Assembly (NCBI GenBank): GCA_027339635.1
Contig: DAHWNZ010000004.1
Location: forward strand, 12,348-76,347
Reading direction: 5' to 3'
Source: Candidatus Dormiibacterota bacterium
Lineage (GTDB): Bacteria; Chloroflexota; Dormibacteria; Aeolococcales; Bog-877
DNA length: 64,000 nucleotides
Every line of letters starts with the position of its first letter. Positions within the stretch are counted from its first letter, which is position 1. Of the stretch, positions 8,824 through 18,035 are shown in pieces. The position numbers and the translations under genes are program-made. Below the pieces are notes generated by a model. It was not told the DNA's origin, ran no database searches, and saw only the letters and a program-made list of their open reading frames with translations.

Positions 8824-10011
8824 ATGACCAGAGTTCTCCTCATCGGAGGCGGTAGCGGCGCGACAATGCTGTCCCACAAGCTCCAAAGACGCCACCTCAA
8901 GGTAACCATGCTGACTGCCTCGATGGAGCACCTGTTCCAACCAGCATTGCTGTACGTCGCGTTCGCGCAGTCCAGCGCTGATGTCACCCGTGACGAGCGC
9001 CAGCTGGTCGCGAGAGGGATCAACCTTATCGAGGAGACCGTGACCGGTGTGAACCTCATTGATCGAGAGGTTACCGGCGGCAGCGGTAAGACCTACCCAT
9101 ACGACTCACTGGTGGTGGCCACCGGCGTGGGTACCGACCCCGCCCAGATCCCTGGTTTACTGGAGACCACCGCCCGCTACGGCGACTATCACTCGACGAT
9201 CGCCCAAGCCCGCAAACTGGGCAATGCCTTAAGCAATTTCAGGGGTGGAACGATCGCCTTGGGGCAGAGTACCCCGATCTGCAAATGCCCGCCCTCACCA
9301 GTCGAAGGCGTGCTGTTGGCGGATCGCCTACTGCGCCGTCGCGGGTTGCGGGACAAGACTCGGATCATTTTCTTTACCCCGTACCCGCGTGCCTATCCGG
9401 CGGCACCCATGAACGACATCATTGAGCCGATCCTCAAAGACCGCGGAATCGAAGTGGTGACCATGTTTGACGTCGACAGGGTCGACCCTCAAGGTCAGAC
9501 CATATTCTCCATCGAAGGAGAGCGCATCGATTATGACCTTCCGATCATCATCCCCCCCTTCATGGGAGCGGCTATCGACTACCGGCCCAGTGAAGTTCTG
9601 GACCAGAGTCGATTTGTAAAGGCTGACAAGGCCAGTCTTAAAATTATCGGATTCGAGGACGCCTTCGCAATCGGGGACGCCAACAACCTGCCCACATCCA
9701 AGGCTGGAGTTGGAGCCCATCTCGAAGCGAACGTGGTGGCGCGGCAGCTGCGGGGAAAGTCGGCGTCCTTCAACGGTCGCACCAACTGCCCGGTGGACCT
9801 TGGCGACGGACGCGGGACGTTCGTAATCGGGAGCTACACCTCGCCTGTTAGGCGCTACCCCCCGAGTCGAATAAATTTACTCATGAAGATGATCATGGAA
9901 CGCATCTACTGGGTCAGCCTACGAGGTGCCTTGGAACCAGTATTCTCCATCTACTTCATGCTGACCGATCCCGACCGGATCTCACGACGACGGCCCCCCA
10001 AGCGATCCTGA
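8824..10011 (+). CDS. Sulfide:quinone oxidoreductase-like NAD(P)/FAD-dependent oxidoreductase
   Basis: N-terminal VLLIGGGSGA Rossmann fold, FQP motif, Cys motifs PICKCPPSPVEG and GRTNCPVDLG, IGDAN FAD motif. Starts 4 nt after tusA. Confidence 0.7.
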   Translation: MTRVLLIGGGSGATMLSHKLQRRHLKVTMLTASMEHLFQPALLYVAFAQSSADVTRDERQLVARGINLIEETVTGVNLIDREVTGGSGKTYPYDSLVVATGVGTDPAQIPGLLETTARYGDYHSTIAQARKLGNALSNFRGGTIALGQSTPICKCPPSPVEGVLLADRLLRRRGLRDKTRIIFFTPYPRAYPAAPMNDIIEPILKDRGIEVVTMFDVDRVDPQGQTIFSIEGERIDYDLPIIIPPFMGAAIDYRPSEVLDQSRFVKADKASLKIIGFEDAFAIGDANNLPTSKAGVGAHLEANVVARQLRGKSASFNGRTNCPVDLGDGRGTFVIGSYTSPVRRYPPSRINLLMKMIMERIYWVSLRGALEPVFSIYFMLTDPDRISRRRPPKRS

Positions 10012-10393
10012 GGTGGCTCACATCCATCGGTTACAGGCGTCGCCGGGGCTGAATCTCGGCCCAATCACCCATAGCCATCCGCACGGCCCGAGCATGGCGC
10101 AGGACCGTGTGACCACCTCTGACGCCCGTGTCAGCGTGAGGCTTTAGGAACCCGCAGCCGCCGGTGGCTTCGGGACCCTCTGAGCCGAACCAGGCGACCC
10201 GTAGCGAGGCGCTAGGATGAAATCGCACGGGACCACGGGGCGCGAGCCGCTCGCTTCTCCACCCGTGGATGCGGGCGGCCATACGGCCTCCCAAGTCGGC
10301 CGCGCCGGGGACCGCGCTCACCGGTGGACCACCTGCCAGGCGCCGGCCTGGGGAACGCCACACCCAGCGCTTGGGGCGATTCGAGCCGTTCCG

Positions 10394-11389
10394 TCATCTT
10401 GCGCGCCTGCGACGGCGGACGTTCACCCCTATGGTTAGCAGCAAAGCCCCGCCCGCCAAAGCTCCTGCCCCGATCACCGCCGACGGAAGCCCTGCGGTGC
10501 CGGGCCCGAAGGATCCGGTAGCCGGGACCGCAATCGTCGTTGGCGTCGACGTCCCTGGCCCTTTGGGCGTTGCCACCGGTGCTGGCGCGAAGGTGCAGCC
10601 ACCAGAAGGCGGGGTGATGATGTTGCTATCCAGCGTGACCGCTCCACCTGTCTGGGCTAGCGCTCGGCCACCGTTTGCCCCCCCTCCAACGCCTAAGGTG
10701 GCGCCGGTGTTCATGGTGATGCTGCCGAGCGTCATCAAGTTTCCCTGAAACGAGGTCGTAGTACCCAGTGTTGCCGAGCTTCCTACTTGCCAAAAAAGGG
10801 AGCATGCGCCGGCCCCATTTTCCAGCACCACTCGCGCTGCGCTGGCAGTGGTCAGGGTGCTGCCGATTTGGAATATGAACGTCGGATTGGTCTCCCCTTC
10901 ACCATTGAGAGTGAGTTGTCCCGTCAACTCCGCTGACGAACTGAAGCTATAAATCCCTGGAGTCAAGATCAGTCCCCCCAGGTTTTGTCCAGTGAGATTG
11001 GCCGTTACAGGAGTGCTGGCTGCCGCCTGGGTGTAGGCGGTCGATAGGTCAGTCTGAGCCGTGACCGCGGCGGGATCGTTGATGTCCCTGCTCCCGGTCA
11101 CCACCGGACCCCCGGTGACGGAACTCCCGGGGCTCAGCGCGAGTCCGCCGTTGATCACTGTGGCGCCGGTGTTCGTGATCGTGGAACCCCCAATGACTGC
11201 ATAGTTGACCACCGTGCCGAGCACGGGAGGCGACACTGCGGCGACTGCTCCCGCAGAACAAAGCAGGGTGGCAGCAGCTGCCCCGACCCCGCCTGCCAAG
11301 GCGACTTGAAAGCGACGAGGGCGGGTCGCCTTGCGTGGAGATTTCCGGAGCCCCTGTGGGACATCCCGTCTGAGCCAGCGAACCATCAT
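10394..11389 (-). CDS. Ice-binding-family (DUF3494) secreted protein with C-terminal anchor
   Basis: VNYAVIGGSTITNTGATVINGGLALSPGSSVTG...LTPGIYSF...FIFQIGSTLTTAS...CSLFWQVGSSATLGT...GRALAQTGAVTLDSN. Signal peptide. C-terminal VPATG..hydrophobic..RRRRRAR. SD AGGAGAAG precedes the ATG. Confidence 0.85.
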   Translation of the reverse strand: MMVRWLRRDVPQGLRKSPRKATRPRRFQVALAGGVGAAAATLLCSAGAVAAVSPPVLGTVVNYAVIGGSTITNTGATVINGGLALSPGSSVTGGPVVTGSRDINDPAAVTAQTDLSTAYTQAAASTPVTANLTGQNLGGLILTPGIYSFSSSAELTGQLTLNGEGETNPTFIFQIGSTLTTASAARVVLENGAGACSLFWQVGSSATLGTTTSFQGNLMTLGSITMNTGATLGVGGGANGGRALAQTGGAVTLDSNIITPPSGGCTFAPAPVATPKGPGTSTPTTIAVPATGSFGPGTAGLPSAVIGAGALAGGALLLTIGVNVRRRRRAR

Positions 11390-11795
11390 GGGCTTCTCCT
11401 AGGGTAGTGGCACCGATTCGGGACCACAACTGCGTGGAGACTGACCCGACGGGCTCGTTCAACGAGATGATTGGAAGCATTCCATCCACCTGTCGGTACG
11501 GGACCGCCAGCAGCCTACCACACTTCTCGGCAATATCGGCGTTTTCGAGCTTTTCTTCCTGGCTCTGCTCCAATGAGTGGCATTGGCGGTGTTCGATCGG
11601 AAGCCCGTGGAAACCTCCACGCCAATGCCTTAGAAGGCTCGCCAGCGATTCCGCAGGCTGGCAGCCCTCCCAGTGCTGATGTGCCAAGCACGTTCGGATC
11701 CATTGATTTCGCTTCCCAACACCTGTGAGCCCCGTTGCCAAGGAACGAAAGCGTCCCTGGCGTCCGTCTGAGCTGAGCCCGGCCCACCCCAGGGG

Positions 11796-11951
11796 TCAGA
11801 AGTAGTGACGGCGTCCACCAACCGGGTGCCCAGTACGGCCCAACACCCAAAATGCCACACCGATTACAAGAACGACGATCCCGATCGTTTTGACGAGCGC
11901 AACCGCCAAGAGGAATCCCACTACTAAGAGGACCACACCTAACACGATCAT
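11796..11951 (-). CDS. Small hydrophobic membrane peptide (51 aa)
   Basis: SD GGAGGA lies 6 nt before ATG 11951. MIVLGVVLLVVGFLL...VLGRTGHPVGGRRHYF. The track ORF extends to 12005. Confidence 0.55.
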   Translation of the reverse strand: MIVLGVVLLVVGFLLAVALVKTIGIVVLVIGVAFWVLGRTGHPVGGRRHYF

Positions 11952-12762
11952 CGAATTTCCTCCTGCTGCGATTGGCTTGCCTGCTTGATGCACTTGGCTC
12001 GTCACCTGCGGTGTGAGATGACCGGCTGTAGACAGGATGCTCTCTGCTAGGGAGACTGTCGGTACGGTAGCGCGCAGAATGTCGGGCTCAGGTGGCCCTA
12101 TGTCCGAACCCAGACTTGCTCCGTCCGGAGGTTCGACGGCTAGACCGGTTCACGTCGGACGTTTCCCCCTGGCGAGAGGCCGCCCCCGCCTGTCGGGCGA
12201 GACACCATGGTCCGGGGGGAAGCTTTACAGGTTAGCGGTGTGCAGTCGGCAGCGGCGTCGGGCCGCGCCGGGTCTGGGTTCAGGTTGGTTCGTCCAGGCC
12301 GACCGTTTCCCGCTGGCCACCAGTCGAAGAGGTGAAGCTGCGCCGTGACATGCCGGCGGCAAACGCTGCCGATACCCCATGGCCCAGCACCTGGGCGGCT
12401 CCCTCTGCCCGGAGCACCGCGTCCTCCACGCTGCTGACACCACCTGCCAACATCGCGGGTTCGCGGTTGTGCCTTGTGACTGACAACATGTTGTCTCAGC
12501 GCTGCGGCAAGAGCCCAGTGGCGCTCGATTGAAGTCTCCACGCCCACGCCCCTGGCCAGGATTGGGGGAGCAGCAGACGCTGTCGGCGACTCGTGGCCGT
12601 CATCGAACGAGAGCAAAAGCCAGTTCAGAGAAACACCATCTGCCAACGGAAAGGACGATCGTCTGCGGACGCCAAGTGCCCTGTTGACGGCGGTTACGAT
12701 GCCGGCCGCCCGCGCCTCGCCCCCAAGTCAGCAGCTGCCCTGGTCCTCGCGTCGAACCTGGC

Positions 12763-12771
12763 TGGTACAAT
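12763..12771 (+). promoter_or_regulatory. Possible extended -10 promoter element upstream of crp/fnr-like gene
   Basis: TGGTACAAT (TGn-TAnnnT pattern), 64 nt upstream of the TTG start at 12835. No convincing -35 element. Confidence 0.25.
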
Positions 12772-12834
12772 GCCTTTAAACTTGGTCGGCTGGCTCCTTG
12801 GGGCACCTGGAGGCTGCTCTGCAGCGGTCAGAAC

Positions 12835-13578
12835 TTGACACGGAGCGACGCGTTGACGATTGGCGATTTTGACGTCGGGACAGCCGGTGAGAACCGGCTT
12901 CTGGCCCTGCTACCGGCTTCCGACCGCGAGCGCATCGCATCGAAATTGGTCCCGCGGTTTCTCAATTTGAAGACCGTTCTCTTCGAGCCGGGCCAGGTGG
13001 TAGACGCCGTTTACTTTCCCCTCGACGGAGTGGTTTCCCTGGTCACACCGCTGGAAGACGGCGCGATCGTGGAGGTGGCGACCATTGGGAATGAGGGCTT
13101 GGTCGGAGTTCCCTCGGTGCTGGGTGGCAGTCTCGCAGTGCGGGCCATCTCCCAGGTGCCAGGGCGGAGCCTGATGATGGGGACCGAGGCATTCCTGGCC
13201 GAGGTAAAGTTGCGGGGCGGCTTGGCCAGGATCATCGAGGCCTACGTCCAGGCCCTGTTCGGGCAAATCTCCCAAGCCGCCGCTTGTAACCGTCTCCACT
13301 CGAATGAGGAGAGGCTCAGTCGATGGCTGCTGATGAGTCAGGATCGGGTCGGATCCGACAGCTTCATCATCACCCAGGAATTTCTTGCCCAGATGCTCGG
13401 CTCCCGACGAGCCACCGTCACTCTCTCCGCGGGCATCCTGCAGAAGGCCGGGCTGATTAGGTACCACCGGGGGCACGTTGAGATACTTGACCGTGCGGGC
13501 CTGGAGGAGACGTCCTGCGAGTGCTATGGGGTGATTCGAGACGAATTGGATCGGGTTTCCCTGGCGCCCCAACGCTGA
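12835..13578 (+). CDS. Crp/Fnr-family transcriptional regulator
   Basis: cNMP-binding fold (FEPGQVVDAVYFPLDGVVSL) and C-terminal HTH (ITQEFLAQMLGSRRATVTLSAGILQKAGLI). TTG start is uncertain. Confidence 0.8.
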   Translation: MTRSDALTIGDFDVGTAGENRLLALLPASDRERIASKLVPRFLNLKTVLFEPGQVVDAVYFPLDGVVSLVTPLEDGAIVEVATIGNEGLVGVPSVLGGSLAVRAISQVPGRSLMMGTEAFLAEVKLRGGLARIIEAYVQALFGQISQAAACNRLHSNEERLSRWLLMSQDRVGSDSFIITQEFLAQMLGSRRATVTLSAGILQKAGLIRYHRGHVEILDRAGLEETSCECYGVIRDELDRVSLAPQR

Positions 13579-14079
13579 TCCCTGGCGCCCCTATCCGCTG
13601 GGACTTGCCGCGCTGAACCCCGACGCAACCCAAAGCAACGGCCCATGCCGAGCCACCCCCCGGTCGCTGACCTTGGGCGGTTAAGGGAAGGAAAATTGAC
13701 CTTGTCCGCACGTCCTCTTCGGATTCGGAAGGGACCGGCGCCAGCCTGGGAGCGGCACCGACCCCCTGAGCGCACGATGGACTCAGGTCGTCGGCCCACC
13801 GAATCACCGCATGGGGACGGGGCATTCCGCGTTCGAGCTGGGAGCGATCCAGGTGATGGTGCGGAGGCGGAATGCCGTCACCACTCACCTGGTGAACCAA
13901 GTTCGGCCACTGCAGGTTAGGTGTCTACCCCAGGCACCACGGCTCGTGATTGGCGGGCACGCGAGGGGGGTCAGCTGCTCGCCCTCGAGCTCGTGATGGG
14001 CCTCCGGGCCAGGGGCGGACCTGGTGGAAGACGGGCTGAACCGCTCCTCAGGGATGGGACGCCGCCAGGCGGCCGATCG

Positions 14080-14700
14080 TCACGGGGTCTCGTGCCATGG
14101 GCCACTCGAGGCGCTCGGAATGTCGAGGGAAATTGGCAGGGCTGCCGTGGTGGACACCGCCAGGCAGGCGATCGCGGCGGCCATCACCTCCTGCCTGGAC
14201 TGGCTCATCGGCAGCAACAACGACCCAAGAAGAGCCAACTGAGCCTGGCGCCTCAGCCGCAGGTAGGCCAGGCCCTCACGGGTTATCACGAGTCCCCCGG
14301 TTGCCGCTGCCGACGGATCGGGAGCACCAACCAGCCCCAGCGCGACTAGTCGCTGCAATCCGGATTTACGAGGTTCATAGTCCCAGGCCCACCTGCCCGA
14401 ACCCGCACCAGGGTGCGGCGAACCCCAGCGCAGGCGCCCGAGCGCGCGCAGTTCCTGCCGATCGAGGGTGGCAACTCCGGCAAGGTGGCGTTCCGGCCCC
14501 AAACCCTGGGCTTGCTGGACCAGATTGACCATCAAGTTCAGGAACTCGTCGGACGCCTTATCAGCGGTGACCCGGATGGCTGCGAGCGCCCCATGGGAAT
14601 CGCCCGGTCCGGAGAGGTGCACCTCAGGCCCCCAGGGGGACCGGCCCATCACAACGCCACTCGCGCGCCCGAAAGGGCATCCCGGACCGCTCGTCTGCAA
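14080..14700 (-). CDS. Hypothetical protein, possible winged-helix segment
   Basis: Third-position G/C bias looks coding. LQRLVALGLVGA...GGLVITREGLAYL resembles a wHTH. Downstream of and co-oriented with the permease gene. Start is uncertain. Confidence 0.35.
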   Translation of the reverse strand: MQTSGPGCPFGRASGVVMGRSPWGPEVHLSGPGDSHGALAAIRVTADKASDEFLNLMVNLVQQAQGLGPERHLAGVATLDRQELRALGRLRWGSPHPGAGSGRWAWDYEPRKSGLQRLVALGLVGAPDPSAAATGGLVITREGLAYLRLRRQAQLALLGSLLLPMSQSRQEVMAAAIACLAVSTTAALPISLDIPSASSGPWHETP

Positions 14701-14963
14701 TTGGATAACTCCCTACCTCCCCCCGGTCGGTCGGACCGGAGCGCCATAACCCAACATCCACCTACCAGGCTGGGCGCCTCAGCCCTCGGCGTCGGTCCGC
14801 CACCGTACCGACATCCCGTATCAAGTCGGCAGCGTCGAACCCGCGACGGCTGTACCCATACCGCGTTGCCGGCAGGCGATCGGCGGCGGCACCATGCGGA
14901 GCCCGTCGTCTCGTTCCCGTCTGCCACCCAGACACCGGTCGGTGATGACGGTCCAGCGAGGGC

Positions 14964-16208
14964 TCATCTCACAAGCCCGGCCACGACCAGTGTCGCGAGC
15001 ATTCCGACCGGCCCCGCGATCCAGCCCACCTTGAAGAAGGAACGGAGCGACGGCCTCTCACGGGGGCGGTCGCCAGCTGAGAATGCCAAGATGGTGGAGA
15101 GGGAACCCGCCGGGGCCAGGTTGGGACCGAGGTCGGCACCCACTATGACTGGAATCGTGAACGCGTGGAGATGGTGGGCGGCCGTGAGGCCCGCCCCGAA
15201 CAGGAAGGCCGTGGGCAGGTTGTTGATCGCGGCCGAAAGCACGGCGGCGGAGGCTCCAACCCGGGCCTGGGCCATTGGCCCCGATGGCGCACCGGCAATC
15301 GGGGCGAGAAGCTCTCCCAGCAGGTGGGCCTGTTGCAGGCCAGAGGCGAGGACCGCAAGCCCGACAACCAAGGGCAGGAGGGTCCAGCGAGCGCGCTTCA
15401 GAGCTTCCCTGGCGGCGCCGGGCTGACGCCTTCCGAGCAGCACCAGAGCTAAGAGTGCCGCCAGAGCCGTCGGGGGCCCCAGGGGCTGCCCGAGGACGAC
15501 CAGGACCACATCGGCCGCAGCCAGTACGGCCACCAGGGCGGCGAGGGCCACGAGGAGACCGTTCGACAGGTCACGGCCCGGCGTGGCCGGGGCGCTCCGA
15601 GTAGGTAGGCGCCACAGCAAGGCAACGACCGCCGCCGCACTGAGCAGAAGACCAGCCAGTGCGCCGGGCGTCACGATGACGAGGTAGTGGGCAAACTGGA
15701 GATGGTCTCGATCCAGCAGGAGGAGGTTCACGGGATTGCTCACGGGAAGCAGGAGCGATGCCGAATTGGTAACAACGGCCAACCCCAGCAAGAAGAGCGC
15801 CGGCGGCAGGCCCCGGGCACGTACCCGGGAGACGACCGCGGGCGCCAGCAGGAGGGCAGCCGCGTCGTTGGACAGCACGGCCGTCACAAGTGCGGTCAGC
15901 GCCAGGATCCCGACCAGCAGTCTCCTGGTGCTGAAGCCCGCCCATATCTCCAACCGATCCATGAGCAAATCCACCGCGCCCGCCCGCTGCAGCACGGCGG
16001 CCATCACCAGCAGGCCCCCGAAGAACGTCAGCACATCGGCCGTCTGTCCCACAGCCGCTCCGGCACCGTCTGGCGTCACCAGCCCAGACGCCAGCGAGCC
16101 GACGGCGGCGAACAATGCCCACCACGCTCCGTCGATCCCCAGCGGCCTCTTCAGAATCGCCCAGCAGGTGACGGCGAAGAGCAGCAACAGGACGGCTGTA
16201 CTTATCAT
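14964..16208 (-). CDS. ArsB/NhaD-superfamily anion permease
   Basis: Polytopic membrane protein. SNDAAALLLAP, PVSNPVNLLL, GADLGPNLAPAGSLSTIL are typical of ArsB/NhaD (CitMHS-like) permeases. Confidence 0.8.
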   Translation of the reverse strand: MISTAVLLLLFAVTCWAILKRPLGIDGAWWALFAAVGSLASGLVTPDGAGAAVGQTADVLTFFGGLLVMAAVLQRAGAVDLLMDRLEIWAGFSTRRLLVGILALTALVTAVLSNDAAALLLAPAVVSRVRARGLPPALFLLGLAVVTNSASLLLPVSNPVNLLLLDRDHLQFAHYLVIVTPGALAGLLLSAAAVVALLWRLPTRSAPATPGRDLSNGLLVALAALVAVLAAADVVLVVLGQPLGPPTALAALLALVLLGRRQPGAAREALKRARWTLLPLVVGLAVLASGLQQAHLLGELLAPIAGAPSGPMAQARVGASAAVLSAAINNLPTAFLFGAGLTAAHHLHAFTIPVIVGADLGPNLAPAGSLSTILAFSAGDRPRERPSLRSFFKVGWIAGPVGMLATLVVAGLVR

Positions 16209-16238
16209 GTTTATGTTAAGTCTAGTTCATTGTCGTAG

Positions 16239-16248
16239 TCCTATAGGA
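16239..16248. promoter_or_regulatory. 10-bp perfect palindrome in the AT-rich merR/permease divergent spacer
   Basis: TCCTATAGGA sits within the 48-nt spacer 16209-16256. It overlaps the merR SD (AGGAG), so an operator role is only a hypothesis. Confidence 0.3.
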
Positions 16249-16256
16249 GTTAATAC

Positions 16257-16733
16257 ATGCCACACAAGAGTAAAGCCAAGGCCGAAGGCACCGAGCCCGA
16301 CCTGAGTGATCGGAGAATCGCGGAGGCTAGCGAGCAGGTCGGGGTGAGCCCCAGGGTGCTCCGTTACTGGGAACAACTCGGCGTGGTCCGTCCCTCCAGG
16401 GGCCCGGGAGGGACCCGCCATTTCAACCGCCATGACCTCCTGGCCATGTCGCTGGTTAGAGAGCTGCTGGCGGCCTCGGACACATCCATCTCGGACCTGC
16501 GCTTGATCAGAGTCGTGGCTGAGAAGGAGGTCGCAGCGGCCATGGCGGATCCACTGACCCGCCTAAAGCTCCTGTTTCAACGCCAGGCCGCAGAAGAGGC
16601 TTTCCACCCCCTCCTAGACGAGCTGGTGCCCGGGCCCAGGGGTCCCAGACCACCCTCAGCTGGCCCTGCTGACCCCCTTCTCCCTGGGAGTCGCCCCCGC
16701 GCGGCGATCCACCCTCCCCCGGTGCAGCGCTAG
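16257..16733 (+). CDS. MerR-family transcriptional regulator
   Basis: HTH RIAEASEQVGVSPRVLRYWEQLGVVRPSRGPGGTRHFNRHDL. No metal-binding Cys residues. Pro-rich tail overlaps the convergent gene by 78 nt. Confidence 0.8.
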   Translation: MPHKSKAKAEGTEPDLSDRRIAEASEQVGVSPRVLRYWEQLGVVRPSRGPGGTRHFNRHDLLAMSLVRELLAASDTSISDLRLIRVVAEKEVAAAMADPLTRLKLLFQRQAAEEAFHPLLDELVPGPRGPRPPSAGPADPLLPGSRPRAAIHPPPVQR

Positions 16734-18035
16734 CCACGCCTCGTACGACTCTCCCCCGGGGAGCCAGGTTGCCCAGGGCCGATCCGGCTCAATCAGGGTC
16801 CTCAGTGCCCGCTCTTTGCTCTCCGGACCGGCACTCTCTCCGAGCCTGCTCGAAAGCCGCCAAATGCGGCGGGCGAAGCGCTGGTCCCAGCCCGTGGAGG
16901 CCTGTTGCAGAGCCTCCCTAGCGAGCTTCAGCGCCCCGGATTGGTCTTGGAGGCGGTGCTCCAGATCGATGCACAGAGCCTCTGCCGCCTCGGGATCACG
17001 CCAGCGTTCCCACGCTGACCGCCAGGCCGTGATGGCCTCATCGATTCTGCCCTCGCGCTTCAACATCCTGGCCCGGCGCAGGACGGCCGCGCGATCCTGG
17101 GGAGGCGGTGCCAGAGTCTCGGCTCGCTCGTACGCCGAGCGCGCGGCCGCCAGGTCACCCCGGGACTCGACGAAGCGGCCCAGGCTGAGCCAGTCGGACG
17201 GGGCCAGCCCCTCACACTCGAGGTGCCGGCCGAGCCTCTGCAAGACCGCCAGTAAGGAGACCACATCCTGCTGGTTGTGCCGGACTACCTCCAGGAGGGG
17301 GCCGCAGTCTCGGGTCTCCAAGAAATGCCAGTACCGCTCCGGAGCCTCCCGGCCGGGAAGGTCATGAGCTCTGTGCTCGTCAAGGAGCTCCTCCTCCACC
17401 GCTCGCAGGGTGCACCGCTCCAGGCGATGGCGGAAGAGCCTTCTCACGACCGGAAGCAGGTCCAGGTGGGGGACCGCGGGCCATGCCCGGTCGACGCCCG
17501 CCATGACCATCCTGGTGCGCAGGAGCGGCAGGTCGTAACTGGAACCGTTGTAGGTGACGAGCAGCGACGCTGCCCCCAGTTCCTTGAGGGCAGCCAGCAC
17601 CAGAGGCGCCTCCTCACCCAGCTCCGGCAGGAGCCACTGCTCCACCAGCACCTCGCTCGCCCCTTCGTGGTAGGAGGCCCAGCCATAGAGGAAGGGCACG
17701 GTCCCTGCGCCCCGCTGCAAACCGGTGGTCTCAAGGTCAAAGCACAGCAGCGACAGAGGTCCCGTGCGCGGCACGGATGCTGCAATCGGCGAAAGTGCCC
17801 GCCACCGGAGCCGCTCTGGTGATAGGCCGATCACGGCCAGCGGTATCCTCACCCTTCTCAGGAGAATCCCACGCTCCTCATCCCAACCAAACCCGAGGTC
17901 CGCCAGACCTCCGAGCAACCCTGAGGGAGAGCTGGGTCCCGGCTGCGGCACCGCCGCTGCCTTGCGCCGCGGACCCAGCCTGAACCCGGGGTCCCCCTGC
18001 AGCGCTGAGAGCCTGAGCCGCAAATCCGCGCTCAT
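16656..18035 (-). CDS. mrfB: RNase H-like (YprB/MrfB-type) exonuclease with TPR-like C-terminal domain
   Basis: LCFDLETTGL, LVTYNGSSYDLPLL and HNQQDV exonuclease motifs. The C-terminal half is helical-repeat. ATG 18035 overlaps the helicase stop (TGATG). Confidence 0.7.
   Translation of the reverse strand: MSADLRLRLSALQGDPGFRLGPRRKAAAVPQPGPSSPSGLLGGLADLGFGWDEERGILLRRVRIPLAVIGLSPERLRWRALSPIAASVPRTGPLSLLCFDLETTGLQRGAGTVPFLYGWASYHEGASEVLVEQWLLPELGEEAPLVLAALKELGAASLLVTYNGSSYDLPLLRTRMVMAGVDRAWPAVPHLDLLPVVRRLFRHRLERCTLRAVEEELLDEHRAHDLPGREAPERYWHFLETRDCGPLLEVVRHNQQDVVSLLAVLQRLGRHLECEGLAPSDWLSLGRFVESRGDLAAARSAYERAETLAPPPQDRAAVLRRARMLKREGRIDEAITAWRSAWERWRDPEAAEALCIDLEHRLQDQSGALKLAREALQQASTGWDQRFARRIWRLSSRLGESAGPESKERALRTLIEPDRPWATWLPGGESYEAWLALHRGRVDRRAGATPREKGVSRAS

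Noticed and set aside
10394-11389. Calling the DUF3494 protein a functional antifreeze or a psychrophily marker
   Set aside because: DUF3494 proteins are widespread in non-cold-adapted bacteria, so sequence alone cannot establish ice binding.
11049-11741. 230-aa - strand ORF spanning the region upstream of the DUF3494 gene
   Set aside because: It would overlap the well-supported DUF3494 gene by about 340 nt in another frame, and it has no motifs.
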